From: Rhodosorus marinus CCMP1338
Taxonomy: Eukaryota > Plantae > Rhodophyta
Reading direction: 5' to 3'
DNA length: 64,000 nt
NCBI GenBank assembly: GCA_029953675.1
Contig: JAMWBK010000006.1
Coordinates: forward strand, 1,116,001-1,180,000
In this document: positions 22,519 to 33,722 of the stretch, in pieces
Layout of the letters: the number at the start of each line of letters is the position of its first letter
How positions within the stretch are numbered: position 1 is the stretch's first letter
Program-made: the position numbers and the translations under genes
Notes under the pieces: model-generated
Told to the model about the DNA's origin: nothing
The model's database searches: none
Seen by the model: the letters and a program-made list of their open reading frames with translations, nothing else

Positions 22519-25137
22519 ATGACTACCGTCCGACGGATTTTGATGTGTAGCCTGCTCTCTCTGCTCTGGTTTTACGTGGAAGCAGCGGTAGTAGATGTGG
22601 ACTTCAAGGCGGATCTATGCATGAACGACGACTGCTCTTTCGAGCGGGACAAGTTTGTGAACATGCACTACAACGTTTTCAACTCCGAGCTCGACGACGA
22701 GCAGCTTGCATTCTTGATGGATGAGCTAGATGTTGGAGTAGGTCGAAACCTCCAGGGTCCGCTCTCAACCACACCTGGTTTCTCTGCCAGACCTTCCTTC
22801 TCGGAGCTGAGGGACGCCGGGAGGCAGAAGATCGAGCGGCTGAAGCGGATGGAATCAAGAAGGATCTACGACACGAGATTTAAGATCGTAGGAGACAACT
22901 ACCGAGCTTTCGAGGAAGGCAGAAAGGATGTCAGGTCGTTTATTCGGCACGCCTCTTGGTTCTTTGAAACTCATTTTGATGATTCCCAGGGTGTCATGAT
23001 GCCGAGGTATTATGAAGTTGCCAATGAGGTTATGGTAAAGTGGAACATGTTTGGGAACAATGAGAGGGAGACTCTGCACGAGATCGCAGAGTTCATGGGG
23101 GGGGTGTGCTGCGGGATCAAGGAAACACTCGGGAAGCGGGTCATGTGCGGTGGCCCCGCAGCAGCATTTCCTCACTATCAGCGACGCGACTTCGAAATGT
23201 GGAAATTGCGTGTGCACGATTTTTACATGCGCGCAGGTCGCTGCATCGATTTCTGGTCGCAACACTTTTACGACCTAGACGGAGGCATCCTAGAGGCGAT
23301 CATGGATTCCGTCAACTCCTTCACGGTACACCATTACGGGAAGATCTATCCGCAGGTAGTTTCCGAGTTTGGCGCATTCTCAAAGGCCTGGTTCGACAAG
23401 GAAGGAAATGGTGCAGCTCCTCCAACCGCCTCCCGGGACTGGGCAATCATTCACAAAACAATAGGAATCATGATGCAGCTAATGAAGCGTCCAGACCAGA
23501 TCCTCAAGACAGTAGCATTCGTTACCGGGAAATCGAGCTGGACCAGTGGGGAGCACCCTTATCCATGGGCCATGCTTAAGCCGGCAAAGAACGGAAGCTA
23601 CCAATGGACACCGCTCCTGGACATCTTTAAGGCCTTCAAAGACGTCAAAGGAGAATACAGGAGGTCCCATACTGACGACTGCAACCTCGTCATCAACGCA
23701 ATTGCTGACGACACCCATGGCTACCTTCTGATCAAGAACTCCGTGAACCGCACTATCAACGTCAAGCTCAGGCACATAAACGGAGCTCCAAGATCAAAAA
23801 ACCTCTTGATGCGGAGGCTCTACCTCAATGAAGTCCCACTGAATCCATCAGATCGAGAACAGGAGCTTACTCGTTCTGGAACTCCCGTCTTCAAGACGAC
23901 GGTGGAGTCGCCAACCTTAGCAGCTATCTCCATGAAGCCAGAGGAGATGGTGGTTCTCATCTATGAGTTTGAGTCGCCGCCGAAGATCCAGAGGCGTGTC
24001 ACAGTAACTGAGCACTTCACGAGGCAAGCTGATCTGATGCCCTTCCGCGGCCGGGAAACGCTCCGATATCGCATAGCCAACGTCCCTAACGCCGAGGCAT
24101 CTGGCAGTGCTTGGTTGAAGCTTGGCATCTCCAGAAGAAACGGGCTGTCTTTCCAAGCAAACGTCGTCTTCAACGGCGAGAGCATTGCCTACGAAGCAAA
24201 GTCTGCTCCTTACTATGACGGAGAGTGGATGCCGTACTGGGCCATGGTCAAGGTGCCTATTCGTCGAGATCTGGTAGCGATTGAAAATCGTATAACGATC
24301 TCCTTTAACGATGATGAACCGGGATGGATATCTTCAGTGATCCTGGAGCTGGAGACCATTGAAGCCACCGATGGACCGGCGGAAGATGAGTCGAGTGAAC
24401 ATGTATCGTCGTCGGTGGGGACGAGAAATCTCGTGACCAACGGAGGATTTGAGCACGATCTGGCAAACTGGGAGCACGTCGGAAGGGTCTGGCTCGCGAA
24501 TGCTGACAGCAATGTTCGTTCCGGCGGATCTGCTGTTGCCTTGAGGGAACATGCTCGAATCGAGCAGCAATTCAATGTTAAGCCCGGGAAATCATACATT
24601 GCAACAGTCATGGGAAAGGCAGCTGAGGACGGAGCAAGGCTCGAGGTTGAACTTCAACTTCGGGGGGCGGCGGTTCGAAGGAGAGCGATTGAGAGCACCG
24701 TCTTCAGCGCCTCTAGGACTGTCTTTCCAGTGAAGGTCAACTCGACAACAGGAACAATCGTTCTCCGTGTACCCCAAGACGGCGTTGGGGGTTACTTCGA
24801 CGCCGTTAGAGTAGAGGAAGTCCTACCGATAGACACCCTAGAGCTAAGCTCCCCCGTGCCAACCAGTCTCTCACCTAGAGGCACGATCTCCGTAACCATC
24901 GACTACCACGTCAGGGCAACCCTTGACGTTGTTGTGTTCATCAGACGCGGTTCAAATTACATCGCTGGAGTCAGACGAACGGTGAACGCAGGGGCTTCAA
25001 CCATCACGCTCCCCATCAACCTGGGAAGAGTTACACTACGTCGAGGCATGTACGATCTAGTTGCTTGCCTCAGACAAGCTGGCGGAAACTATACATCTAA
25101 CGTCTTCAGACTTCAAGAGACTCTACCAGTGGTCTAA
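22519..25137 (+). CDS. Second secreted GH86 beta-porphyranase/agarase-like enzyme with one CBM4/9-like module and a C-terminal Ig-like beta-sandwich (872 aa from the ATG, intronless)
   Basis: First in-frame ATG at 22519 (the ORF track starts at a GTG at 22504). Signal peptide MTTVRRILMCSLLSLLWFYVEA. Catalytic motifs YYEVANEVMVK, GGPAAAFP, HFYD and VVSEFG. MKRPDQILKTVAF aligns with [13 protein letters not shown] of the first copy. CBM start NLVTNGGFEHDLANW. Confidence 0.9.
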   Translation: MTTVRRILMCSLLSLLWFYVEAAVVDVDFKADLCMNDDCSFERDKFVNMHYNVFNSELDDEQLAFLMDELDVGVGRNLQGPLSTTPGFSARPSFSELRDAGRQKIERLKRMESRRIYDTRFKIVGDNYRAFEEGRKDVRSFIRHASWFFETHFDDSQGVMMPRYYEVANEVMVKWNMFGNNERETLHEIAEFMGGVCCGIKETLGKRVMCGGPAAAFPHYQRRDFEMWKLRVHDFYMRAGRCIDFWSQHFYDLDGGILEAIMDSVNSFTVHHYGKIYPQVVSEFGAFSKAWFDKEGNGAAPPTASRDWAIIHKTIGIMMQLMKRPDQILKTVAFVTGKSSWTSGEHPYPWAMLKPAKNGSYQWTPLLDIFKAFKDVKGEYRRSHTDDCNLVINAIADDTHGYLLIKNSVNRTINVKLRHINGAPRSKNLLMRRLYLNEVPLNPSDREQELTRSGTPVFKTTVESPTLAAISMKPEEMVVLIYEFESPPKIQRRVTVTEHFTRQADLMPFRGRETLRYRIANVPNAEASGSAWLKLGISRRNGLSFQANVVFNGESIAYEAKSAPYYDGEWMPYWAMVKVPIRRDLVAIENRITISFNDDEPGWISSVILELETIEATDGPAEDESSEHVSSSVGTRNLVTNGGFEHDLANWEHVGRVWLANADSNVRSGGSAVALREHARIEQQFNVKPGKSYIATVMGKAAEDGARLEVELQLRGAAVRRRAIESTVFSASRTVFPVKVNSTTGTIVLRVPQDGVGGYFDAVRVEEVLPIDTLELSSPVPTSLSPRGTISVTIDYHVRATLDVVVFIRRGSNYIAGVRRTVNAGASTITLPINLGRVTLRRGMYDLVACLRQAGGNYTSNVFRLQETLPVV

Positions 25138-25800
25138 TGAGCACGGGTTACTTGCCCGCAGTTCATCGTCGTTTGCTCTCTGCCCTAGTCTTCTCTCTTC
25201 TTCTTCCTTGTACAAAATAAAACGTGTTCCGTAGAGCAGACGTTGAAGAAGAAACACAAACACAAACGGCCAGAACATGAGACACATCCGCGAGTCCTCG
25301 GGGATTACAACAATGTCCGCAGCGGGAGTGACCACGTATACAAGCGTTCCCCCCCTCAGCGAGAAAATCAAACCGCGTCGCGATTGAAAACGTAGCGATC
25401 TACTGAGGACGACGAAAACCAAAGTGCGGCAGTTAGACGCAGCCTTCAGCCCGCACCACAAAGAGGACCGCTGAGCAGGATGGGCGCTTCATCACCACAA
25501 CTGAGAGAAATCGATCCGTCTTGCCATTGACAATTAAGTGATCTACTGACAATGACGAGAACGAAAGGCTGCGGTGGGATGGCCTCCAGTCCCTAAACCA
25601 AAGGTGCATCTGCATGGAGCAGGATCAACGCATAGAAGTTTTTCACTCAATCTTTGCCCTCCCGCCGCGAATCGATCCGTGCCGCGATAATGGTTTAAGA
25701 AGTGGAAAGTGATAAATTGTTTCGAGGGTTTTTTCCTGAGGAGATGATTTTCAAGGATTTGGCGGAGGTCCTCTTCTGGATGACGGACTCCTCTTGACAA
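25123..25800 (-). CDS. Possible small spliced membrane-protein gene (hypothetical)
   Basis: ATG at 25800 opens MSRGVRHPEEDLRQILENHLLRKK. A branch/polypyrimidine acceptor (ctaactgcc...gtcgtcctcag) precedes a last exon with a hydrophobic stretch (MCLMFWPFVFVFLLQ) and a charged tail. Internal splicing is unresolved. Confidence 0.3.
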
Positions 25801-25899
25801 TTTCGTAGGCCCGTCAGGATTCGTCAGGATGCGTCACTGAGGTTTTTCTTTCTTTCGTTATATAGAGTTGTGCATATCGAATTGGAGTCAGATGAAGTG

Positions 25900-27910
25900 A
25901 TGGCTGGACAAGCCCACTCCAGGCGTGGAGAGAAAAAGTCACGGCTTTCTTTTCCGAAATTCGTACGTCAGTCTCTTCTGCTTCGTATAACCGGAGTCAT
26001 CTTGGCCCTACTGGTTGTTGGGTCGTGGTTTGGCAACGGCAATCGCGAGACCTGGCCGGCGGAGCTTGATAACCTTGAGAACGTCAAACTCAGGGTCAGT
26101 GAGGACGGCACGTATCCGACGGTTGCGCATCTCATTCAGGATATTGTTCCGGGCGAGAAAGGACTGTTAGGTACCCCATATCATTCCCGAAATGCTCCTT
26201 ACTCCGCAAAAAGGTGGCATACTGTTTCCTGAACAAGTTTTCCACCCCCGGCGGGCTTCACATGGGTATAGATGATGAGAACCAGATCATAACCGCGAAG
26301 AACATCGCGCATGGCCTCAAAATATGGGTAGCGCCGATCAACAACCAGACGCTTATGTGCCTCAAGAGTCCATCAGGGTGCGGCAACAACCACGCCGCGT
26401 GGGATAAACGCGTATACCTTTTCCTCCTGGAGTTGATGGCCGACGTGAAGCCTGAAGAAGCGGATTTCGTGTTCATTCCGAACTTTCATTTCTGTTTCCG
26501 CAACAATCGAGGGTAAAGACAGATACAGATCACAACCTCCTTAGTCCGATGATGACTTTGCAAGGAATCTAACGAGCGTGATGCCTTTGGTCATTCGATC
26601 CCTTTATATGAAGGTGCTACGGAACCATCGGAAGGAGACCGGCGGACGAAGCAGATTCACTGTATTTAATATACAAAGAAACTCTGGAGACTTTAGAACG
26701 CCTAGCGCCTGGAAGGGACTGGACGAATCGCTTTGTCGTTCCTATGAGTCATGAACGCGGGGGATGCGGAAAATTCGACGACAGTTACGAACACGGTTCA
26801 CGTGAGCGAAAAATCCGCGTTTTGAATGCCGTTTGATGGTCATTCTCAAGCCCGTTAATATCGTAACCCCTCCTGACGCTAATTTCGTCATTGTAGAACG
26901 TCACCCGGTGCTGAAGGACCAGATTGCGATTAGTACCTTCGGAAATGTCGATGGCAACTGCTATCTGCCACAACTGGACGTTGTGATTCCTCCATTTATG
27001 GACTACGAAGCAGTGAAATGGGCTGAAAAGCCTCCCGCCAGCGAGCATAGGGAGTACCTAGTAAGTTGTTGCCTCATTTCTTCCTAGTTCCGACTCGTTT
27101 TATCTCTCCATATTCTCGCCACCAGATTTTTTCTTGGTCGTCGTCGTCGATGCGGGATTCGTTCCGACAGGCTGTGCCTTGATTACTGCTGGTTCACTCA
27201 GCCTTCGGCCCAAGCTAGCCGGTTGACAGAAGCTGCTCTCCCTGCTGCTTATGAAGCACTTACGCTGGTTTGTGTCCTTTTACTTGTAGTTAATCAACTT
27301 GTCAACCCAGTCGAGTGGCCACGTCGACAAGGTAGTGAACCTCATGGACAGATTCGCTCAGCAAGGCTGCCCTGGACATCCGGATAAGTGTATCTTCAAG
27401 CCGATCGGAGACCTAAATTCGCAGGAGTACGTCGATTATCTACGTAAGAGTCGTTTCTGTCTGTTGGCAGGTGGACGTAACGGATTTAGTTACCGCATCT
27501 GGGCAGCACTATTCACTGGTATGCTATGTGAAGCAGCCGAACAAGACCTGTTCTGCATCTTGAGGACATTTGCGACGTGTGGAGTTGGTACTGACAGCTG
27601 AAAACATGTTTCTTCTCCGTCAGGTTGTATTCCTGTGCTTTTGATGGATGATGGTCAACTGCCTTTTCAAGATTTCTTGGACTATCGGAAGTTTGCAATT
27701 ACCCTGAACACCAGAGGAGTGTTTATCGACAACCTCGACCTCGAAGCACTCTTGACAAGCATCGACCGGATCGGCGCCAAAGCGCTTCAGGTCAACGGCG
27801 GGAGGGTCAGGCGGAGCTTTGACTATCGCGCCCCGTTCGCAAGAGCCATGGGACCCTACGGCCTCCTTCTGGAGACCCTGAAGAAAAGGAAGCAGCAGCT
27901 AGGTTTCTAA
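25900..27910 (+). CDS. GT47 exostosin-family glycosyltransferase, type II Golgi membrane protein, multi-exon
   Basis: Basic N-tail plus one TM segment (LLLRITGVILALLVVGSWF). GT47 motifs PEEADFVFIP, LDVVIPP and YVDYLRKSRFCLLAGG...SYRIWAALFTG/CIPVLLMDDGQLPFQDFLDY. TAA at 27908-27910. Confidence 0.88.
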
Positions 27911-28585
27911 CTCTACAATATGTTCAACATGAAGATGAAGGCGTCACTTCTGCTCTTCCCAAGGTGAAAGCTGGGGAGGACTGGTTCACGTAGAAGATGT
28001 CCATTGAAAGGCGTTTTCACAAAAAAAGCGAGTTTTTCGAATCAGGACTTTCCAGTCACAGGGCTTGCATAGGACCACATGGTAACGTATTGTCTAAACA
28101 AAACGTTGTAAGATGGACCGCTCTCTTGGAGAAGAGTTCCTTCCATAAAACGCACTTTCTCCTTGGCAAGTAACCTTTGGCTCGGTGTTGAGACCACAGC
28201 TGGTCTATTAATTCGATCGACCTCCGTCAGTCTCACTGAGCACACCACCTGCGTAAGGCAAACCGAGCCCGCTAGAGAAGCATCAGCGTTGATCGGGTTA
28301 CTCTTGGCTACCAGTGACCTATGGCAATGCCTCAAATCCCACTTATCCATCCTTTCAGCTGCGCTATCATCCAGTTCGATGATCCTGTTGCAGCTTCCAC
28401 CATCAGAAGCCCCGCAAATGCATGAGCATTGGGCATGCCACAGCCTCCATCGTCGTTCAGTTCGGTCTTGACAACAACCAGGTTTTCTTCTTTGCGGGGT
28501 ATATCATGGCCAGGCCCAAGCCTCCCGCTCAGTCGTTGACCTCCCACGGGCTTGCCGCTTACGGAAGCCGATCCAAACCCTCCCG

Positions 28586-29156
28586 GTCGTACGTCATCTT
28601 AGCGTCGTACATCATCTGTGCGTCGTACATCATGAGAGGGTCGTACATCCTCCGAGCGTCGTACATCATCCTGGCGTCCTACATCAGCGCACTGGCCATA
28701 CGTCAACGTATCGTCGTACGTCAGTCCTATGGTTCTAAGTCATAGGAGCGCCATACATCACCGTAGAGTCATACGTCATCAACGTGCTAATTGTCATCAC
28801 CGTAACATCTGTCATACTAGAGTCGTACGTCGCTGCACAGTCATACGTCATCCAACGTGCCAACTGTCATCACTGCGTCCTCTGTCATCCTAGATTCGGA
28901 GGCCGCAGAGTCATACGTCTCGCAGTGTTATACGTCATCGTATGGTTACATTTCATCATATTATCGGCCGTCATCGTTGAGTCGTACGCGACGGTAGTGT
29001 CACACATCACTGAACGTTTTACGTCATCCAAAGAGTCCTAGGTCATCGTAGTGTCACATGTCAACATCCTGTTTTATGTCATCGTAGTGTCATATATCAT
29101 CCGTGCTGTCAAACGTCACGTTCGTGTTCTACGTCTTCCAAAAGCACGTCTCGCGT
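28586..29156. repeat. Degenerate ~18-bp minisatellite, ~30 units, consensus near TC(G/A)TAC(G/A)TCATCnnnGnG
   Basis: Units such as tcgtacatcatctgtgcg, tcgtacatcatcctggcg, tcatacgtcatcaacgtg and tcctaggtcatcgtagtg recur with 17-19 nt spacing. ACGTCA occurs at 28591, 28700, 28718, 28773, 28845, 28932, 29021 and 29113. Confidence 0.85.
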
Positions 29157-29358
29157 CAAAGAAGGTTCGTCCGTCTTGGCAACAGATTTTGACAAAATCG
29201 TCCAGAAGGCCGCGACCTGCCGCCATTGGGTATCGGGGCGTTTGGGTGGGAGGGGTTGTCCTTTCGGGGGATTAGCGGAAGACCAGAGGTATGGAAACGA
29301 AAGTCAATAGGTGAAAGCTAGAGCGAGGGAGGAAAGAGAGAGACCCCCCCCGAGTGGA

Positions 29359-32300
29359 ATGGCTGCTGGAGAATCACTCGTTAGGAGTGATGCGATCAGT
29401 AGGATTCGCGTGAAACGCCCTCTTCTCCACCGCGCATTGGACGCGGGGAAGATCGATGTGGGGGTGAAGGTCTCCGTTGAGATTGCGGCAGAGCTGAAGT
29501 ATGGCTGCCTGCATACGCTCTTTTTTTCTTATACCAAGGAAGCAAGGGCTCAAAAAGTTGCCCCCCTCACGGATGATAGCATACTAAGCAAAACGCGCTT
29601 CGGGTGGTTTGTTCCGTGTTTCATAGTGCTCCGAAGCTGCAAGTTTTGTCACCAAAGGACTACTACGAAGTCTACCTGGCAGTATCTGAGGAGCTTCAGA
29701 TTTTTGGTAACGTCGTCGTTGCATCTGCAAGAGCTGGAGGAACTTCAGTTGTCGATCTTTATGAAAAGGTGAGAAGATCTACCCGCAGATTCGACAATAG
29801 ATACCCTCCGATAGAGGCCCCTTCCGAGTCCTCTCTAGTTCATTACACCCCGAAAACGGCTTGTGCACTTCTGGCCATGATATAGAGGGTTTTGAAGAAA
29901 GCGTCTTTGTAGGAAAGCCACCATGACTGATCTGTCAAGAGTATGGATTTGCAACTTACTTGCGATGATTCCGGAGAGGCTTAGACACCCCATCGTTTCC
30001 ATAGTTGCCGCAGTTGCCACCTTGCAGATGGCGTTTGTGAGTTTCCCAACCCTGAAACCTCTTGTGTTCACATGGATTTCTAGGTTCAGTACACTGAACA
30101 TGTTACTCCAAGACTCTATCTGCTGATTACGATTGGAAGTGCACTGGTGACGACCAAGCAGACCTTAGTTGAGGAGGTCATGTCGGATCTTCTTACCATG
30201 TGCTCTGCAGTTCAGAATCCAATACGGGGATTGTTTCTGAGGAACTACTACGCCCAGGTGTGTTGAGATCCCGCTTTCTTCCAGAGGACATGGTGGAGTG
30301 CTTTTTCTCGGCTCCTATCGAAAGGGACGAATCTGATCTGTGATCTCTACACGAGAGACGGATGTGGCACTGCTCAGTTTGTTCTCCCGCTCTTTCGAGA
30401 GAGAGAGAGGGAGAACTTCACTATGGGCTCTGTGCTCCTCTCGGGCCGACCGCGCATGAATTGTCGTGATGTGCGTACGCTGATCGACAGGATTGTCTTG
30501 TTTTCTTTTCATCTTGAAAAGTGCATGAAGGACAAGCTACCCGATGGAGAAAGGTCGAGGGAGCAGCTTGAGAGGACGATCGGATTTGTTCTGGAGAATT
30601 TTACAGCGATGAACCGACTTTGGGTGAGACTTCAGTACGATTGTCCTCCAGAAATGAACAAGTTGAGGACAAAACAGAGAAGGGAGCTGAGTCTTCTCGT
30701 AGGGTCAAGCATCATGACGATCTCGAAGCTGCGGGGAGTCGATTTGAGCTTGTACAAGACGGTAATCGCTGTGATAGAGATCTGTAGTGGATCTTTAGGA
30801 AGTTTCTCAATAGATGCTCTTTCTTTCGCACTGACTCCTTTTCTCGCGCACGTGTTCCCTAGCTCATTCTTCCGCAGCTATTGGATCAGATCGTTAGCTG
30901 CAAAGAATCGCTAGCTCAAGAATACCTCATGGAGTGCATCGTTCAGGTATCGATTCAAGTTACATATCTTCTGACGGGGGTTTCCGTGCGCGGCGTAGGT
31001 GTCGTTCTCATCAATATTCCGGCTGAATAGGTGTTTCCGGACGAGCACCACATCGGGACTTTGGAGGAGTTGCTGACAGCGTTTTCCAAGTTCGAGAAAG
31101 GCGTAGACCTCAGGCTTGTCATCGCTGCACTGACAGATCGTTTGTCGCGATTTGCATCGAACTCCCCAGAGAACTGCGAGGCAGTGAGAAACGCAAGGAC
31201 TTTCGACGTCTTCGCAGCTTACCTTCCGGAGGTCGTCAAGAAGTTTGCTCCCTTCATCCAGAGAACGGAATTGTTGAGAGCATATGCGTCACTCCTGAGA
31301 CTTGTTCTCGCGGTAAGTTGTTTCGTCAGGTCCGAGCGACAACCGCAGTCCACCTTTGCCGTCTCTGGAGCAGGCAGATGATGTCTCCTCAGGTTTTGAA
31401 GTTAATCTTGCTGCCTCACAATCGTATCACAGGCGTATCCGGATCGAATGGACTTTGTTGATCAAGTCCTGTGCTTCTGCGTCACTACTCTTCAAGCCAC
31501 CGAAGGCTCATCAATTACTACTGGAGCAGAAGACATGTAAGGGGGGCAGAGAACAAAGCCCAAGCGTGACACTCTAGCTGCGGTTGCTTAGACTTTTGTG
31601 ACTAGAGCTGTGCTTTCAAGAAGCTGAATTGTCCCTTCATGTTTTCCAACACCTGACCAGGATCACCACTATTACCTCAGACGAGTTCTTCGAAGGCGTA
31701 CGCCTGTGCAAAACCGATGCGATCCCTCGACTGCTCAGCCCGTTTGAACATGCTTTGGCTATGTTTACTTTGCGTTTAGGACGATGGTGAGATTGCTGAA
31801 AATGCGAGCGCGTCCACTACAGCGAAGGCTCCAGGCAGCGGGGGCGACGCCTCGAGTGAGGCTGTTCAAGAGCTCGCAGAGTGCTCTGCAGAAGAAAACG
31901 TTCTCGTGCAGGTGATCAGCATGGTTTTTGAGGCGCACAAGGACATCTCGGACCGCCTCAAGCTCCGCCATTTCATGGCTTTTATTCGCGTCCTTTCGTC
32001 TCCAACGCGGCGGAAAGTGGCTGCCATGTTGCTAGAGTCGATTTCTGAATACAAGTACGTCCGGCACGAGCGCGCAAATTTATTCAACCGGCTTTAGGGT
32101 ACACGTGTGGTGAACTGGTTCCTACATGCAAATCTTGGCTGACTCTGTCGTGAAATCTTGACTTACGAACCCTTTGCAGGCAATGTATCCAAGATGAAAC
32201 AACGCTTGAAAAGCTTTTCGTGTATGTTGATCCACTCATTTCAGATGGATCCATACGAAAGAAGCAGCCACTCGTCCATCCATTGCTGGAAAAATTGGTC

Positions 32301-33722
32301 GACAACGGTGCCCTCGATCGGGAGAGTCCTATGACAATCGGTCAGGCCGTGCCTAGAGAAGCGCACGATATGGAAGGGCCTTCGTCTTCAGCACAACCCT
32401 CAGTTCTCAGCTTTGGGCAAACTCAAGAGCAGGCTGAAGAACTAGAGATGGATGCCGGTCAACAGCAAGTTGGAAGAATTGTGCATCTGCTTGACTCGTC
32501 AAGCCCAGAGCGGCTGTTCGTGTTCCACAGAATGTGCTTTGACCGCTTCCGGAAGGCTGGGGAAAAGAATCTTAGAGTAAGCAACCTCGTTCTGGCTAGA
32601 CCCCGCAAGCAAGATTCCGGTCAACCCTGTTTCTAGCTCACCCTTTCAACCCCCCTGCAAAACAGTTGACCCTCCCGTCACTGGTGTTTGCATCGCTGAG
32701 GCTGGCGTTCACGTGGATGAGTCCGAAAGCACTCGAGCAGGCGCTGGAGATGATCAACTGCTTGGAAGAGTTCAACCCCGAAAAGGCTCTAAGATTTTAT
32801 TTAGAGACGACGAAAACTGCAAAATCCATAGGCGGATCAGCTAGAGCGTACATCCTCCATTGTATCGAAAGGGCTCTCGTAAGTGCATTGTGGCAAAGAA
32901 ACGGACAGTCTCGTATTCCTGGAGAGTGTCGCTTCGTGAAGGAGAAGTTTGAGAGCACTGATCTGATATCGATGATATAATTTAGCTTAAACTGTGAACC
33001 AAAAACGTCTTCGTTCAGGTTGTTTTGGAGACGCGGATAGTAAATTCGAGAGAACAGCTCAGATCTTTGACCCTGATTACGTCAACCACGACGGCAGTGG
33101 GTGGCAGCATGGCGGCCGTAGATTATGAAAGCCTCTGCCAGTCGGTTGTCAAAGCAGGGTCACAACTCTTGACTCGCCGGGATCAGTGCACCGCGCTTTG
33201 CGACGCTACAGAGCTTTTCTGGAATGACGGTGAGGAGCGGTGCTAATTTAGCCGTTTGCAATTGCAGCCGAGCTCTCAGCTCTGTTTGGCTCATTTAGTG
33301 TTTTAATTCATTCCAGAGACGGGCAATGACGCAATCCGTGTTGTTCAGTGCCTGGGCATGGCACTTGATTCGGCCAATGCGGTGGTCTCTGGTTTTGAGA
33401 GAACTTTTCTCTACTGCGACATCTTCAATCGCACTACGACATTGTTCGAGCTAGGATGCAACGAGGTAGGGATTGATCACAGGCCTAAATTACCAAATGC
33501 GTGGAACCGAGAACAGGCCTTAGAGCGTTCGCCATTTCTCGGTCCTGTTAGGTCGCAAGAAAGGAGGTTGGTCAGCTCCTTGCAATTAGTAAGAACCTAC
33601 TCGACGAGATGGGACCTACGTCTAAGGTACATGCGACTAGAAAGCGGTTGGCGAGAGCAGAGAAATATGCGTTGAATAATCCCGAGCTCTGCAGGAGTTT
33701 TGCGCTCATTGCTCCTCAATGA
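29359..33722 (+). CDS. VPS35: Retromer subunit VPS35, many exons
   Basis: N-terminus RALDAGKIDVGVKVSVEIAAEL...LSPKDYYEVYLAVSEEL, then DLYEK/VQYTEHVTPRLYLLITIG containing the diagnostic PRLYL motif. Also NFTAMNRLWVRLQ, ELSLLVGS, AQEYLMECIVQ/VFPDEHH and RDQCTALCDATELFW. TGA at 33720-33722. Confidence 0.95.

Noticed and set aside
12040-25137. GH86 genes as bacterial contamination
   Set aside because: They are separated by eukaryote-like intergenic DNA and abut spliced genes closely (GH86-1 stop ~350 nt from the PCYOX-like stop; GH86-2 stop ~760 nt from GT47). There is no operon-like packing or other bacterial gene. Read-level confirmation is still advisable.
28586-29156. CRISPR array, or evidence of TAG-to-Tyr recoding
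   Set aside because: There is no constant repeat with unique spacers and no cas genes, and the context is eukaryotic. TAG is a normal stop in four well-supported genes here (PCYOX-like, GH86-1, START, GGCT-2), and indels break the frames anyway.
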